Under the pieces are notes generated by a model. It had not been told where the DNA came from. It was given only the letters and a program-made list of their open reading frames with translations, and ran no database searches. Below are positions 9,066-20,129 of a stretch of DNA of 64,000 nucleotides, piece after piece. Both the position numbers and the translations under genes were made by a program. The stretch is from an uncultured Clostridia bacterium (GTDB taxonomy: Bacteria; Bacillota; Clostridia; TANB77; CAG-508), in contig CAKPOF010000003.1 of the NCBI GenBank assembly GCA_934169725.1, positions 48,460 through 112,459 on the forward strand. The letters run 5' to 3'. Numbering within the stretch: the stretch's first letter is position 1; each line of letters starts with the position of its first letter.

Positions 9066-10076
9066 TTGAAGAAATTTTTTATCTATTTTTGTAGTTTTAT
9101 ATTTATTTGTTTTATATTACCAGCCTTATTAACAAAATTAGAAGTACCTGCAAATTCTAATAATGACGAAAAAATCGATGAAAATGATACAATAGATAGT
9201 GATATTGAAAAATATTCATATAATAAATATGCTACTATAAAATTATTACATACAAATACAAATGAAATAGAAGAAGTACCATTAGATGAATATCTTTGTA
9301 ATGTTGTTTCAGCAGAAATGCCAGCTGATTTTGAAAAAGAAGCATTAAAGGCACAGGCAATTGTAGCTAGAACCTATACAATATATAAGATAAACAACAA
9401 AAAACATGATAATGCAGATATATGCGATGATTCCAAATGTTGTCAGGCATGGATTTCAAAAGAAGATAGGTTAAATAAATGGAGTGAACAAAAAGAAGAA
9501 AAATGGAAAAAGATAGAGGAATGTGTATATAGTACAAAAGGAAAAATAATAACATATGATAATAAACCAATAAATGCTTTTTTTCATTCTAATAGTGGTG
9601 GAAAAACAGAATTACCTGTAAATGTGTGGGGAGGAGGAAGTGATATGCCGTATTTGCAGATTGTAGAAACAGCAGGAGAAGATACTTATAGTCAATATAA
9701 TTCAGAACTAGAATTAACGAATCAAGAAATTTTAGAAAAAATAAAACAAAAATATGAAGATATTCAAATTGATTTTAATAATGATGATGATATTAAAGTA
9801 TTAGAATATACAACAAGCGGACGAGTAAAGACAATAAAGTTTGGAAATCACAATATATCGGGTACAGAAATTAGAAATATATTAGGATTAAAATCTACAA
9901 ATTTTGAAATAATAAAAGAAAATGATAAAATAAAATTTGTAGTAAAAGGATATGGACATGGAGTTGGAATGAGTCAAACAGGAGCAGATACTATGGCAAA
10001 AAATGGTAGTACGGCAGAAGATATAATAAAACATTTTTATACTGGTATAGAAATAAAAGAAGTAAATAATATTTAA
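9066..10076 (+). CDS. spoIID: Stage II sporulation protein D (SpoIID lytic transglycosylase).
   Basis: 336 aa with an N-terminal TM. LDEYLCNVVSAEMPADFEKEALKAQAIVARTYT is the SpoIID domain signature. TTG start. Confidence 0.85.
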   Translation: MKKFFIYFCSFIFICFILPALLTKLEVPANSNNDEKIDENDTIDSDIEKYSYNKYATIKLLHTNTNEIEEVPLDEYLCNVVSAEMPADFEKEALKAQAIVARTYTIYKINNKKHDNADICDDSKCCQAWISKEDRLNKWSEQKEEKWKKIEECVYSTKGKIITYDNKPINAFFHSNSGGKTELPVNVWGGGSDMPYLQIVETAGEDTYSQYNSELELTNQEILEKIKQKYEDIQIDFNNDDDIKVLEYTTSGRVKTIKFGNHNISGTEIRNILGLKSTNFEIIKENDKIKFVVKGYGHGVGMSQTGADTMAKNGSTAEDIIKHFYTGIEIKEVNNI

Positions 10077-10164
10077 ATTATTTAATGTATAATTCTCTAA
10101 AATAAGGAAATACTTGTAATAAGAAATATGTATAAAGCATATACGAAACATAAAGGAGGATTAT

Positions 10165-11007
10165 ATGAGAAGAGACAATGATTTAAAAGATAGAAGAGGA
10201 AAAAATGCAAATGATAAGGTTATGTCATATATTATTACAGGAGCAAGTGTTTTAGTAATTATTATTATTTCTTTGTTACTATATAGTCAAAAAATAAAAA
10301 ACAATGTAAAAAATGAAACAATGTCACTAGAAAAAATGGGGAATATAATAGGAGAAAATAATGTTAATAATAATGAAACAGAAAGCGCTAGTACTGAGTT
10401 AGGAAAAACAGTAGAAGAGAGCAAAGAAAACAATACAAATGCAGTTAATGAAAATAATATAAAAAATAGTACAAATACAACCAATGAACAAACAAAAGAA
10501 AATACAAAAAACAATACAAGCAATACAAATAATAACACAAAAATAAATACAACAATATCAACAAATTCAAATAATTCAGAAAAAAAAGAAACCAAAAAAG
10601 AAATATCTTTTCAAAAGCCTGTTGAGGGTGAAATAATAAGAGAATTTGCACAAAATAATCTTGTATATTCTAACACACTAGAAGAGTGGATAACACATAA
10701 TGGGATTGATATTAAAGCTGATAAAACAACAGTAGTTAAATCAGCTGAAGCTGGAGTTGTAAAATCAATAAAGAATGACCCAAGATATGGATTAACTATA
10801 GTTATACAACATGATGATGTATATCAAACAATATATTCAAACTTATTAACATCAGAATTTGTAGTTGAAGGTGAAAAAGTAGAAAAAGGACAAGCAATTG
10901 GAACAGTGGGAAATAGTGCTGTATTTGAAGTAGCGGATGAACCACATTTGCATTTTGAAATTTTAAAAAATTCTATTCAAATTGATCCATCAAATTATTT
11001 GAAATAA
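10165..11007 (+). CDS. M23/LytM-domain membrane protein, SpoIIQ-like (the clostridial SpoIIQ keeps an intact zinc site).
   Basis: N-terminal TM, an N/T-rich low-complexity linker, then LytM motifs HNGIDI (HxxxD) and HLHFE (HxH). Its position next to spoIID matches the spoIID-spoIIQ arrangement in Clostridia. Confidence 0.6.
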   Translation: MRRDNDLKDRRGKNANDKVMSYIITGASVLVIIIISLLLYSQKIKNNVKNETMSLEKMGNIIGENNVNNNETESASTELGKTVEESKENNTNAVNENNIKNSTNTTNEQTKENTKNNTSNTNNNTKINTTISTNSNNSEKKETKKEISFQKPVEGEIIREFAQNNLVYSNTLEEWITHNGIDIKADKTTVVKSAEAGVVKSIKNDPRYGLTIVIQHDDVYQTIYSNLLTSEFVVEGEKVEKGQAIGTVGNSAVFEVADEPHLHFEILKNSIQIDPSNYLK

Positions 11008-11075
11008 ATTGACTAAGAAATATATGTGTGATAAAATGATTTGGTAATTAAAATAATAAAAAGAGGGAAAGAAAA

Positions 11076-12167
11076 ATGAAATTAGGTATAGTAGGATTGC
11101 CAAATGTAGGAAAAAGTACATTATTTAATAGTATAACAAAAGCAGGAGCAGAATGTGCAAACTATCCTTTTTGTACAATAGAACCAAATGTAGGAGTAGT
11201 ACCAGTTCCAGATGAAAGATTAGATGCATTAACAAAAATGTATAATCCACAAAAAACAACACATGCAGTAATAGAATTTGTAGATATTGCAGGACTTGTT
11301 AAAGGAGCTAGTAAAGGAGAAGGATTAGGAAATAAATTTTTATCACATATAAGAGAAACTGATGCAATATGTGAAGTTGTAAGATGTTTTGAAGATTCAA
11401 ATGTAGTACATGTAGATGGAAATATAGATCCAATACGTGACATAGAAACAATTAATTTAGAACTTATATTTGCAGATATAGAAACTGTAAATAAAAGGCT
11501 AGATAAAGCAAAGAAAAATTTAAAAGCAGATAAGAAATATCAAGAAGAAATTGATTTATTAGAGAAAATAAAAGAGAATTTAGAAAATGGAATATCAGCT
11601 AGAGCTATTGAATTCAACGATGATGAAAAAGTTTTAGTAAAAGATATGTTTTTATTAACAACTAAACCAATATTGTATATAGCAAATGTATCAGAAGAAC
11701 AATTAGCAGACGCAGAAACTGACCAAGCAGTCAATAAGGTAAGGGAATATGCTAAAAAAGAAAAGGCTGAAGTAATACCACTATGTATTAAAGTTGAAGA
11801 AGAATTATCAGGATTAGATGATGATGATAAAAAAGAAATGTTAGAGATGTTAGGCTTGAGTGAATCAGGATTAGATAAAGTAATAAAAAAGAGCTATGAT
11901 TTATTAGGTTTAATGTCATTCTTAACAGCAGGAGAACCAGAAGTTAGAGCTTGGACAATAAAAAAAGGAACAAAAGCTCCACAAGCAGCAGGAAAAATCC
12001 ATTCAGACATAGAGAGAGGCTTTATTAAGGCAGAAGTAGTTTCTTTTAAGGATTTAATGGAACAAGGCTCAATGGTAGCTGCTAAAGAAAAAGGATTAGT
12101 AAGATCAGAAGGTAAGGAATATGTAATGCAAGATGGAGATATAGTATTATTTAAATTTAATGTTTAG
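11076..12167 (+). CDS. ychF: Ribosome-binding ATPase YchF (Obg-family GTPase/ATPase).
   Basis: MKLGIVGLPNVGKSTLFN P-loop and a C-terminal TGS domain. Confidence 0.9.
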   Translation: MKLGIVGLPNVGKSTLFNSITKAGAECANYPFCTIEPNVGVVPVPDERLDALTKMYNPQKTTHAVIEFVDIAGLVKGASKGEGLGNKFLSHIRETDAICEVVRCFEDSNVVHVDGNIDPIRDIETINLELIFADIETVNKRLDKAKKNLKADKKYQEEIDLLEKIKENLENGISARAIEFNDDEKVLVKDMFLLTTKPILYIANVSEEQLADAETDQAVNKVREYAKKEKAEVIPLCIKVEEELSGLDDDDKKEMLEMLGLSESGLDKVIKKSYDLLGLMSFLTAGEPEVRAWTIKKGTKAPQAAGKIHSDIERGFIKAEVVSFKDLMEQGSMVAAKEKGLVRSEGKEYVMQDGDIVLFKFNV

Positions 12168-12374
12168 AATGAAATAATCTTGTAATAAAAATGTAAAATA
12201 AAAAAAGAAAAAATCTATTGACTATGAAAAAAAATAAGTGTAATATATAAATAAGTTAAACAAATGATAAATAGTTGTGTCTATTTACTTGCAATTATTA
12301 AAAAAGAGTGATATAATAATAATTGTTTATAGAGAAAAAAATAGAATATACTATTTGAAGTAAGGAGAGGTAAT

Positions 12375-12755
12375 ATGAAAAAATCAATTATTTTAAAAAG
12401 TTTTTTAGTAGTTTTGGTAGCTATGATGCTTACATTTGTTACATCATCTGTATATGCAGCAACAGATTCAGATTTTGATGAATTATTAGGTAGTTCAGGT
12501 GATAATAATACACCAGCAAGTAATAAAAATAACACACCATCAAATAAAAATAATACACCAGCAAATACAAACAATACTCCAAATACAAATGGATTAAAAA
12601 ATAATACAAACAATACAAATAATGGTGCAAATAATACAAGCTTACCAAAAACAGGTGCAGGAGATTCTTTACCAACAGCATTACTAATTGCAGTATTTGG
12701 AATTTCAGCAGTATATGCTTATAAAAAAGTTAGTGATTATAGAAATATTGATTAA
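12375..12755 (+). CDS. Small LPXTG cell-wall-anchored protein (sortase substrate).
   Basis: Signal peptide, N/T-rich repeats (NNTPASNKNNTPSNKNNTPANTNNTP), an LPKTG motif, a hydrophobic stretch and a basic tail. Confidence 0.7.
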   Translation: MKKSIILKSFLVVLVAMMLTFVTSSVYAATDSDFDELLGSSGDNNTPASNKNNTPSNKNNTPANTNNTPNTNGLKNNTNNTNNGANNTSLPKTGAGDSLPTALLIAVFGISAVYAYKKVSDYRNID

Positions 12756-12766
12756 TAAAAATAATA

Positions 12767-12793
12767 AAATTGAAGATATTACATATCTTCAAT
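12767..12793. terminator. Bidirectional hairpin terminator between the convergent LPXTG and sortase genes.
   Basis: attgaagatat-tacat-atcttcaat, followed by T-runs on both strands. Confidence 0.5.
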
Positions 12794-12812
12794 TTTTGCT
12801 TTTATAATAATT

Positions 12813-13475
12813 CTATTTCCGGTTAAAATTATTACAAGTAACTAAAGTTAATTCATATGAATTTGTAATTGTTTCATAAACAGGAGACAGGTCATCCGAT
12901 TTTACTTCATAATTTTTTATTACAGAATAAATAAAATGATTATTAGAATTATCATATATTACAATTTTATCATTTATGTTCAAATTTTTTATTTTGCTAA
13001 AAAATTTATTATTATCATAATTATGTCCAGCAATACATAAGTTATAATTATTAATTTTTTCAGAGGGAAGACTTCCATAAAATCTACAAGGAGAAGTTTT
13101 TAACAATTCATCATTTAATCCATTAAATATTGTATAAGACAAGTTTAATGATGGTATTTTTATAACACCTATAATAGAATTATCGGAAAGTTTATTTTTG
13201 TCATTAGATGTGGAATTATTACTATATAATTTGGCAATACTATAATTATTGATTAATAAATTAGAATAGTTTTCTTTTTTGTATAAAGATAATTTATAGT
13301 AAATAAAAATTGATAAAATAACGAAAATGGCAATAATAGACAATAAAAATTGAACGTTAAAAATATTTTTTGAAAATTTTTTATTAGCAGATTTCATATT
13401 AGCTTTATTTATTGAATCTGTATTTGAATTATTGTCAGTATTTTTATCAAAATCAATATTTATAATTTGATTCAT
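12813..13475 (-). CDS. Sortase family transpeptidase. The C-terminus ends only 6 residues after the catalytic TLxTC.
   Basis: N-terminal TM anchor, His motif CIAGHNYD and catalytic LTLVTC. The ORF ends at NNFNRK directly at the convergent terminator. Confidence 0.65.
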   Translation of the reverse strand: MNQIINIDFDKNTDNNSNTDSINKANMKSANKKFSKNIFNVQFLLSIIAIFVILSIFIYYKLSLYKKENYSNLLINNYSIAKLYSNNSTSNDKNKLSDNSIIGVIKIPSLNLSYTIFNGLNDELLKTSPCRFYGSLPSEKINNYNLCIAGHNYDNNKFFSKIKNLNINDKIVIYDNSNNHFIYSVIKNYEVKSDDLSPVYETITNSYELTLVTCNNFNRK

Positions 13476-13589
13476 AATTATCCTCCAAATTAATTTTCTA
13501 TATTATAGTATTTCCACAAAAAAAGATTTTATTATAATAATGTTTCAAATTAATAGACATTCATATATTTTTGTGATATAATACAGTCA

Positions 13590-13850
13590 GAAAAATGAGA
13601 AAAACTATAGTAAGGACACGATAAGCAATATAAAACTTAAAGAGAACCAAAGGTAGCTGAGAATTTGGAAAGGGACATATTGTTTATTATCACCGTACTG
13701 TTATTAAATTGAAATATTAGTAAATTTAATCGTAAATCTGCGTTAAAGATAAATGAGAGAATCATAATTAATAAAATATATTATGATTAAATTAGGTGGT
13801 ACCGCGGAAAAGAAGCTATTTCGTCCTAGTATGGATGAGTAGCTTTTTTT
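13590..13850 (+). promoter_or_regulatory. T-box riboswitch leader of ileS.
   Basis: Conserved T-box sequence aaattaggtggtaccgcgg at 13789-13807, followed by the terminator hairpin agctatttcgtcc...ggatgagtagc plus a T-run (13812-13850). Upstream is -10 tataat at about 13577. Confidence 0.8.
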
Positions 13851-13884
13851 GTTGAAAAATATAATAAAATAAGGAGGAAAACGT

Positions 13885-16800
13885 ATGTACAAAAAAGTTG
13901 AATTGAAAGATGGATTCGTCGGTATGGAAAATGACGTATCTAAGGTATGGAAGGAAAAAGATATAGTTAAAAAAAGTCTTAATGCAAATCAAGGTAAAAG
14001 ATATTTTACTTTTTATGATGGACCTCCAACAGCAAACGGTAAACCACATGTTGGACATATTGAGACAAGAGTTATGAAAGATTTAATTCCAAGATACAAG
14101 GTAATGAAGGGATATAGAGTTATTAGAAAAGCAGGTTGGGATACACATGGACTACCTGTTGAACTAGAAATAGAAAAAAAATTAGGGATTTCAGGAAAAC
14201 AACAAATAGAAGAATATGGTGTTGAAAAATTTGTAAAACAATGTAAAGAAAGCGTTTTTGATTATGTTCATCTATGGGAGGAAATGACTAATAAAGTTGG
14301 ATATTGGGTTGATATGGAAAATCCATATGTAACTTATCATAATGATTATATAGAATCTGTTTGGTGGGCTTTAAAACAAATGTGGGAAAAAGACCTTTTA
14401 TATCAAGGTCATAAAGTTATGCCATATTGTCCAAGATGTGGAACTGCTTTATCATCACATGAAGTTGCACAAGGATATAAAGATGTAAAAGATTTAACAT
14501 GTATTGCTAAATTTAAAGTTTTAGATGAACAAAAAATTGGTGAAGAGGATATACCAAAAAATACATATATTTTGGCATGGACAACTACTCCATGGACATT
14601 ACCATCGAATTTAGCACTTTGTGTAAATAAAGCATATGAATATGTAGAAATAAAAGCAAATATTGGAACAGAAGAAGAGCCTGTTTTTGAAAACTATATT
14701 TTAGCAAAAGATTTAGTAGATACAGTTTTAAAAGATGTATCATATGAAATAATAAATACTTTTAAAGGTGAAAAATTGTTAGGAGTAAAATATGAACAAT
14801 TAATGCCATTTGGAAAAGTAGAAGGAAAAGCATTTGAAGTTATACATGGTGATTATGTAACATTAACAGATGGTACAGGAATAGTACATATTGCACCTGC
14901 ATATGGTGAAGATGATAGTTTAGTTGCAAAACAAAATGGAATTGCTTTTATAAATTTAGTAGATAAAGAAGGAAAATTTGTAAAAGAAGTTGAACCATGG
15001 GCTGGAAAATTTGTAAGAGATTGCAATGAAAGTATTTGTAAATGGTTAAAGGAAGAAAATAAATTATTCAGCAAAGAAAAACATGTTCACTCATATCCAC
15101 ATTGCTGGAGATGTGATACACCACTTTTATACTATCCAAAAGAAAGTTGGTTTGTTGCAATGAGCAAGCTAAGAGATGAGTTAGTAGAAAATAATAGTAA
15201 AGTAAATTGGTATCCAGAAACAATAAAAACAGGAAGATTTGGAAAATTCTTAGAAAATGTTATAGATTGGGGAATATCAAGAGATAGATATTGGGGAACT
15301 CCACTTCCAATATGGACTTGCGAAGATGAAGAGTGTGGTCATCAAGAATGTATTGGATCAATAGAAGAATTAAAAGAAAAAGCAATTGATTGTCCAGATG
15401 ATATAGAATTACACAAACCATATATTGACGCGGTAGAATTGAAGTGTCCTAAATGTGGTAAAAAAATGCATAGAGCAAAAGAAGTAATAGATTGTTGGTT
15501 TGATTCAGGTTCAATGCCTTTTGCACAATGGCATTATCCATTTGAAAATAAAGAAATGTTTGATAACAATTTCCCAGCAGGATTTATTTCAGAAGCAATT
15601 GACCAAACAAGAGGATGGTTTTATACATTAACAGCAATAGGAACAGCATTGTTTGGAAAAACACCATTTGAAAATTGTATTGTTTTAGGACATGTACTAG
15701 ATGAAAAGGGTCAAAAGATGTCTAAATCTAAAGGAAATGGTGTTGACCCAATGAAATTATTAAATACAGTTGGAGCAGATGCAACAAGATGGCATTTCTA
15801 CACATGTAGTGCACCATGGTTGCCAACAAGATTATCATTAGATAATGTAAAAGAAACACAAAGAGGGTTTTTAAGTACATTATGGAATGTGTATTCATTC
15901 TATGTTTTATATGCTGAAATAGATCAATTTAATCCATTAAATTATGAGAAATTTGAAATAACTAACATTATGGATAAATGGATTATTTCAGAATTAAATA
16001 CATTAATAAAAGATGTAGATAGTAAGCTTGAAAATTATGATATAACAGGTGCTGCGTTACAAATAGAAGAATTTACAGATAGTTTATCAAACTGGTATGT
16101 AAGAAGAAATAGAGAAAGATTTTGGAGTCAAGAGTTAAATGATGAAAAAATAGGGGCATATGTAACTTTATATAAAGTAATTGTTGATTTGTGTAAAGTA
16201 GCTGCACCATTTGTACCATTTATAACAGAAGAAATATATCAAAACTTAGTGCTTAGTTTAGATAAAAAAGCTCCTGAAAGCATTCATATGTGCGCATGGC
16301 CAGAAGTAAATGAAAAAGAAATTAATAAAGAATTAGAAAAAGAAATGGATTTAGCATATAAAATTGTTAAATTAGGAAGAAGTGCAAGAAATTCTGTAAA
16401 TATAAAAAATAGACAACCATTATCAGAAATGTTAATTTCAATAGATACACTTCCAGAATATTATTCAGGCATAGTAAAAGAAGAGTTAAATGTAAAAGAA
16501 GTAAAATTGGGAGCTGATATGGCTGAATATGTAGATTTTGAAATCAAACCTAATTTACCAGTTTTAGGAAAAGAATATGGAAGATTAATACCTAGAATAA
16601 AACAAGAAATTGCAAAGAAAAATCAAATGGATTTAGCAAATACAGTAAAAAATGGAGGAGTAGAATATATTGAAATTGATGATACACAAATTGGATTAAA
16701 CTCTGAAAATTTACTAATAACTATGCAAGGAAAAGAAGGATTTGCATTTAGTGGAGAAGGTGAAATAGGAGTTATAATTGATACAACAATAACACCTGAA

Positions 16801-17055
16801 CTAGAAGAAGAAGGAATATTAAGAGAAGTATTATCAAAAGTTCAAAATATGAGAAAAGATAGTGGATTTGAAGTCTTAGACAGAATAGATTTGTATGTAG
16901 AAGGAAATGAAAAAATAGAAAAGATAATAAGAAAATTTGAAGAAACAATTAAACATGATACATTAGCAAATAATATATTCTATAATGAAAAAAATTTAGA
17001 ATATACAGAAATGAATATAAATGGAGAAAAGATAAATATGGCGGTAAAACGTTAA
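13885..17055 (+). CDS. ileS: Isoleucine--tRNA ligase (long ~1056-aa form).
   Basis: HVGH (HIGH-type) motif and KMSKSKGN, with a large editing domain. The length fits the type-2-like IleS. Confidence 0.95.
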   Translation: MYKKVELKDGFVGMENDVSKVWKEKDIVKKSLNANQGKRYFTFYDGPPTANGKPHVGHIETRVMKDLIPRYKVMKGYRVIRKAGWDTHGLPVELEIEKKLGISGKQQIEEYGVEKFVKQCKESVFDYVHLWEEMTNKVGYWVDMENPYVTYHNDYIESVWWALKQMWEKDLLYQGHKVMPYCPRCGTALSSHEVAQGYKDVKDLTCIAKFKVLDEQKIGEEDIPKNTYILAWTTTPWTLPSNLALCVNKAYEYVEIKANIGTEEEPVFENYILAKDLVDTVLKDVSYEIINTFKGEKLLGVKYEQLMPFGKVEGKAFEVIHGDYVTLTDGTGIVHIAPAYGEDDSLVAKQNGIAFINLVDKEGKFVKEVEPWAGKFVRDCNESICKWLKEENKLFSKEKHVHSYPHCWRCDTPLLYYPKESWFVAMSKLRDELVENNSKVNWYPETIKTGRFGKFLENVIDWGISRDRYWGTPLPIWTCEDEECGHQECIGSIEELKEKAIDCPDDIELHKPYIDAVELKCPKCGKKMHRAKEVIDCWFDSGSMPFAQWHYPFENKEMFDNNFPAGFISEAIDQTRGWFYTLTAIGTALFGKTPFENCIVLGHVLDEKGQKMSKSKGNGVDPMKLLNTVGADATRWHFYTCSAPWLPTRLSLDNVKETQRGFLSTLWNVYSFYVLYAEIDQFNPLNYEKFEITNIMDKWIISELNTLIKDVDSKLENYDITGAALQIEEFTDSLSNWYVRRNRERFWSQELNDEKIGAYVTLYKVIVDLCKVAAPFVPFITEEIYQNLVLSLDKKAPESIHMCAWPEVNEKEINKELEKEMDLAYKIVKLGRSARNSVNIKNRQPLSEMLISIDTLPEYYSGIVKEELNVKEVKLGADMAEYVDFEIKPNLPVLGKEYGRLIPRIKQEIAKKNQMDLANTVKNGGVEYIEIDDTQIGLNSENLLITMQGKEGFAFSGEGEIGVIIDTTITPELEEEGILREVLSKVQNMRKDSGFEVLDRIDLYVEGNEKIEKIIRKFEETIKHDTLANNIFYNEKNLEYTEMNINGEKINMAVKR

Positions 17056-17243
17056 AAAATTAATTACATAAATATAGGTGAAATGAGTGAAATTTGGATA
17101 AAATATCTTTATTACATAAAAATTTAAAGAGAAAGTTTTTTACAAATTTCCTCTTTTTCTTATATACTAGGAAATTATGAATAAAAAAAAGAATTTTGTA
17201 AAAAATAAGAATGTAAAATAAAAAATAAGGAAGGAAAGAATAT

Positions 17244-17384
17244 TTGGAAAAATTGCAAGAAAAAATAAGAAAAGAAATTAATAATTTAGAAAAGATGATT
17301 TTATCTAATTCAGATAAAGAAAAAATTATAGAACAGAGGAAAAAATTAGATAAACTATTAGAAAAATATATAAAAGATTTATAA
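17244..17384 (+). CDS. Small Spo0E-like sporulation regulatory protein (aspartyl-phosphate phosphatase family) candidate. It is not in the ORF track.
   Basis: TTG start after a GGAAGGAAAG RBS. The 46-aa product MEKLQEKIRKEINNLEKMILSNSDKEKIIEQRKKLDKLLEKYIKDL has the helical-hairpin pattern of the Spo0E family. Confidence 0.4.
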   Translation: MEKLQEKIRKEINNLEKMILSNSDKEKIIEQRKKLDKLLEKYIKDL

Positions 17385-17564
17385 AAATAAAAATTTCATG
17401 AATTAATATACTATTTTGATATAAAAAAATAACTTATTTAAGGAATTTTAGATATAATAATTGTTAATAAATGTATTAAAACCAGAAATAAAAAACATAA
17501 ATACACGAAAACAGTTCATTTATACTGATGAAAAAATTTGATAATATAAACAAAAAATAAATAG

Positions 17565-17906
17565 GTGATAATCATGAGAAAAACAAGCAATATAAAAATA
17601 GGAAAAAATTTAAAAGCTATGAGAAGAAGTAATGGCTATACACAGGAACAATTAGCAGAAAAAATCGAAGTTTCTGTTAGATATATTAGTGATATTGAAC
17701 AAGATAGAGCAAAGCCATCATATGAAGTATTAATTAGAATTTGCAATATATTCCAAATAGGATTAGATCAAGTATTTAGTGAATATTTAGATATAACAGA
17801 AAATAAATGTTTATCATATTCTTTAGTAGGGTATGAAAATTTATCAGATGAAGATAAAAAGACAATAGATCATTTGGTGATGTATTTTAATAAAAGTAAT
17901 AGATAG
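17565..17906 (+). CDS. XRE-family HTH transcriptional regulator.
   Basis: LKAMRRSNGYTQEQLAEKIEVSVRYISDIEQDRAKPS is an HTH_3 motif. Confidence 0.7.
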   Translation: MIIMRKTSNIKIGKNLKAMRRSNGYTQEQLAEKIEVSVRYISDIEQDRAKPSYEVLIRICNIFQIGLDQVFSEYLDITENKCLSYSLVGYENLSDEDKKTIDHLVMYFNKSNR

Positions 17907-17986
17907 AATGAGTTATCTCATTCTTTTTTTGACATATGTAGATAGTTTAGTATATACTATTGAAAAAATAGGAGGATTTTATAAAA

Positions 17987-19939
17987 ATGTATGATAAGAA
18001 AAAATATTTACAATTACTAAGTAAGGAATATAAAAATATAAATGAAGTAACAGAAGAAATTATTAACTTAAAAGCTATTTTAAACTTACATAAAGGGACA
18101 GAAGTTTTTTTGAGTGATGTCCATGGTGAATATGAACCATTTACACATATATTAAATAATGGTGCAGGAATTATAAGAAGCAAAATTGAAGAAACATTTG
18201 AAAATAGAATGACTGAAAAAGAAATGAATGCATTGGCTACACTAATATATTACCCAAAAGAAAAATTAAAATTGATAAAAAAAGAAACTAAGGACTTAGA
18301 CGAATGGTATGCTATTATTTTATATAGGCTAGTGGAAGTGGCAAGAAAAGTTAGCTCTAAATATACTAGGTCAAAAGTTAGGAAAGCAATACATAGTGGT
18401 TTTGAATATATAATAGATGAATTATTACATTCTCAAGCAGATAATCAAAAAGATAAAGAAAATTACTATAAACAAATAATAAAAACAATTATCGAATTAG
18501 AACAAGCAGATAGTTTTATAATAGCTATATCAGATTTAATAAAACAAATGGCAATAGATCATTTACATATAATAGGTGATATTTATGATAGAGGAAAACA
18601 TCCTGATCTAGTCATGGAAAGACTTATGAATTTCCATAGCTTAGATATTCAATGGGGAAACCACGATATACTATGGATGGGAGCAGGATGTGGAAACAAA
18701 CCCAATATAGCTACAGTTGTGAGAATATGTGCAAGATATAACAATATAGGAATATTAGAGGATTCATATGGAATAAATATACGACCTTTAGCTACATTTG
18801 CTCTTGAAAAATATAAAGATGATGAATGTACTAATTTTATGCCAAAAGTATTTGATTATGACAAATATAATAATAGTGATAAAAATAGTATGGCTAAAAT
18901 TCATAAGGCAATAACAATTATACAGTTTAAACTAGAAGGTCAAATGATAAAAAAACATCCAGAATATAATTTAGATAATAGACTTTTATTAGATAAAATG
19001 AGTTTAAAAAATGGAACTGTAGAAATAGAAGGAAAAATATATGAAATTAATGATAAAAATTTTCCTACAATTAATCCAAATGATCCATATCAATTAACAA
19101 AAGAAGAAAATGAAGTAATAGAAAGACTAGCAGAATCATTTGAACATAGTGCAAGTTTAAATAAACATTTAAAATATTTATATGCTAAAGGAGAAATATA
19201 TACTATTTTTAATAATAATTTACTATTTCATGGATGTGTGCCTGTAAATGAAAAAGGAAATTTAAAAGAAATTAAATTTTTAGGAAAAAAATTAAAAGGA
19301 AAAAAATATTTTGATGAGATAAATGAAACAGTAAATAAAGTATTTTTAACAAAAAAACCTGAATTAGTTGATTTAATGTGGTTTTTATGGATTTCTCCAG
19401 ATTCTCCATTTTTTGGAAAAGGAAAAATGGCAACTTTTGAAAGCTATTTTGTAAAAGATAAAAGTATTAGTAAAGAACCAAAAAGTCCATATTATGAATA
19501 TTCTGAAAATGAAGATTTTTGTGTAAAAATATTGAAGGAATTTGGAATTGAAGGGGAAGATTCTCATATATTAAATGGTCATATGCCTGTAAAAGTAAAA
19601 GATGGAGAAAGTCCAATAAAGGCAAATGGAAAATTATTAGTTATAGATGGTGGATTGGCAAAAAGTTTTAGAGAAAAAACAGGAAATGCTGGATATATAC
19701 TTACATATAATTCACATGGATTATTGTTAAGTCAAAATAAGCCTTTTGAATCTGTTGAAAAAGCTATATTAGAAGAAAAAGATATAATAAGTGAGATTAT
19801 AGTAAAAGAAACTAACGGAGAAAGAAAAAGAGTTAGTGATACAGATATAGGAACTAAACTAAAAGGAGAAATTGCAGATTTACAAGAATTAATTCAAGCA
19901 TATAAAAATGGAGAAATAAAAGAAAATAAAGGAAAATAA
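17987..19939 (+). CDS. fbp: Fructose-1,6-bisphosphatase class 3.
   Basis: 650 aa. The N-terminus ...EIINLKAILNLHKGTEVFLSDVHGEYEPF matches the Firmicute class-3 FBPase signature. Confidence 0.85.
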   Translation: MYDKKKYLQLLSKEYKNINEVTEEIINLKAILNLHKGTEVFLSDVHGEYEPFTHILNNGAGIIRSKIEETFENRMTEKEMNALATLIYYPKEKLKLIKKETKDLDEWYAIILYRLVEVARKVSSKYTRSKVRKAIHSGFEYIIDELLHSQADNQKDKENYYKQIIKTIIELEQADSFIIAISDLIKQMAIDHLHIIGDIYDRGKHPDLVMERLMNFHSLDIQWGNHDILWMGAGCGNKPNIATVVRICARYNNIGILEDSYGINIRPLATFALEKYKDDECTNFMPKVFDYDKYNNSDKNSMAKIHKAITIIQFKLEGQMIKKHPEYNLDNRLLLDKMSLKNGTVEIEGKIYEINDKNFPTINPNDPYQLTKEENEVIERLAESFEHSASLNKHLKYLYAKGEIYTIFNNNLLFHGCVPVNEKGNLKEIKFLGKKLKGKKYFDEINETVNKVFLTKKPELVDLMWFLWISPDSPFFGKGKMATFESYFVKDKSISKEPKSPYYEYSENEDFCVKILKEFGIEGEDSHILNGHMPVKVKDGESPIKANGKLLVIDGGLAKSFREKTGNAGYILTYNSHGLLLSQNKPFESVEKAILEEKDIISEIIVKETNGERKRVSDTDIGTKLKGEIADLQELIQAYKNGEIKENKGK

Positions 19940-19951
19940 ATTATTTTTAAT

Positions 19952-19979
19952 TTAATAATATATTGTTTTTTTATACCTT
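19952..19979. repeat. Solo copy of the 28-nt 5' end of the MITE-like repeat.
   Basis: ttaataatatattgtttttttatacctt. This is the same motif that begins the full elements at 3668 and 63646. Confidence 0.5.
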
Positions 19980-20129
19980 ATATGTACTTCTTATGGAAAT
20001 TATGTTAAAATGCTTGACAGTTTACAATAATAAATATAAAATATATATGGTAGGAAGAAATATATTACAAAATAAACATATATATTTATTTCGAACATTG
20101 AAAATTAAATAAGAAAGAGGTGTATGATT

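Noticed and set aside
10300-10600. Low-complexity N/T-rich stretches in the SpoIIQ-like and LPXTG proteins, as possible repeat elements.
   Set aside because: These are compositionally biased linker regions in coding sequence, not DNA repeats of independent significance.
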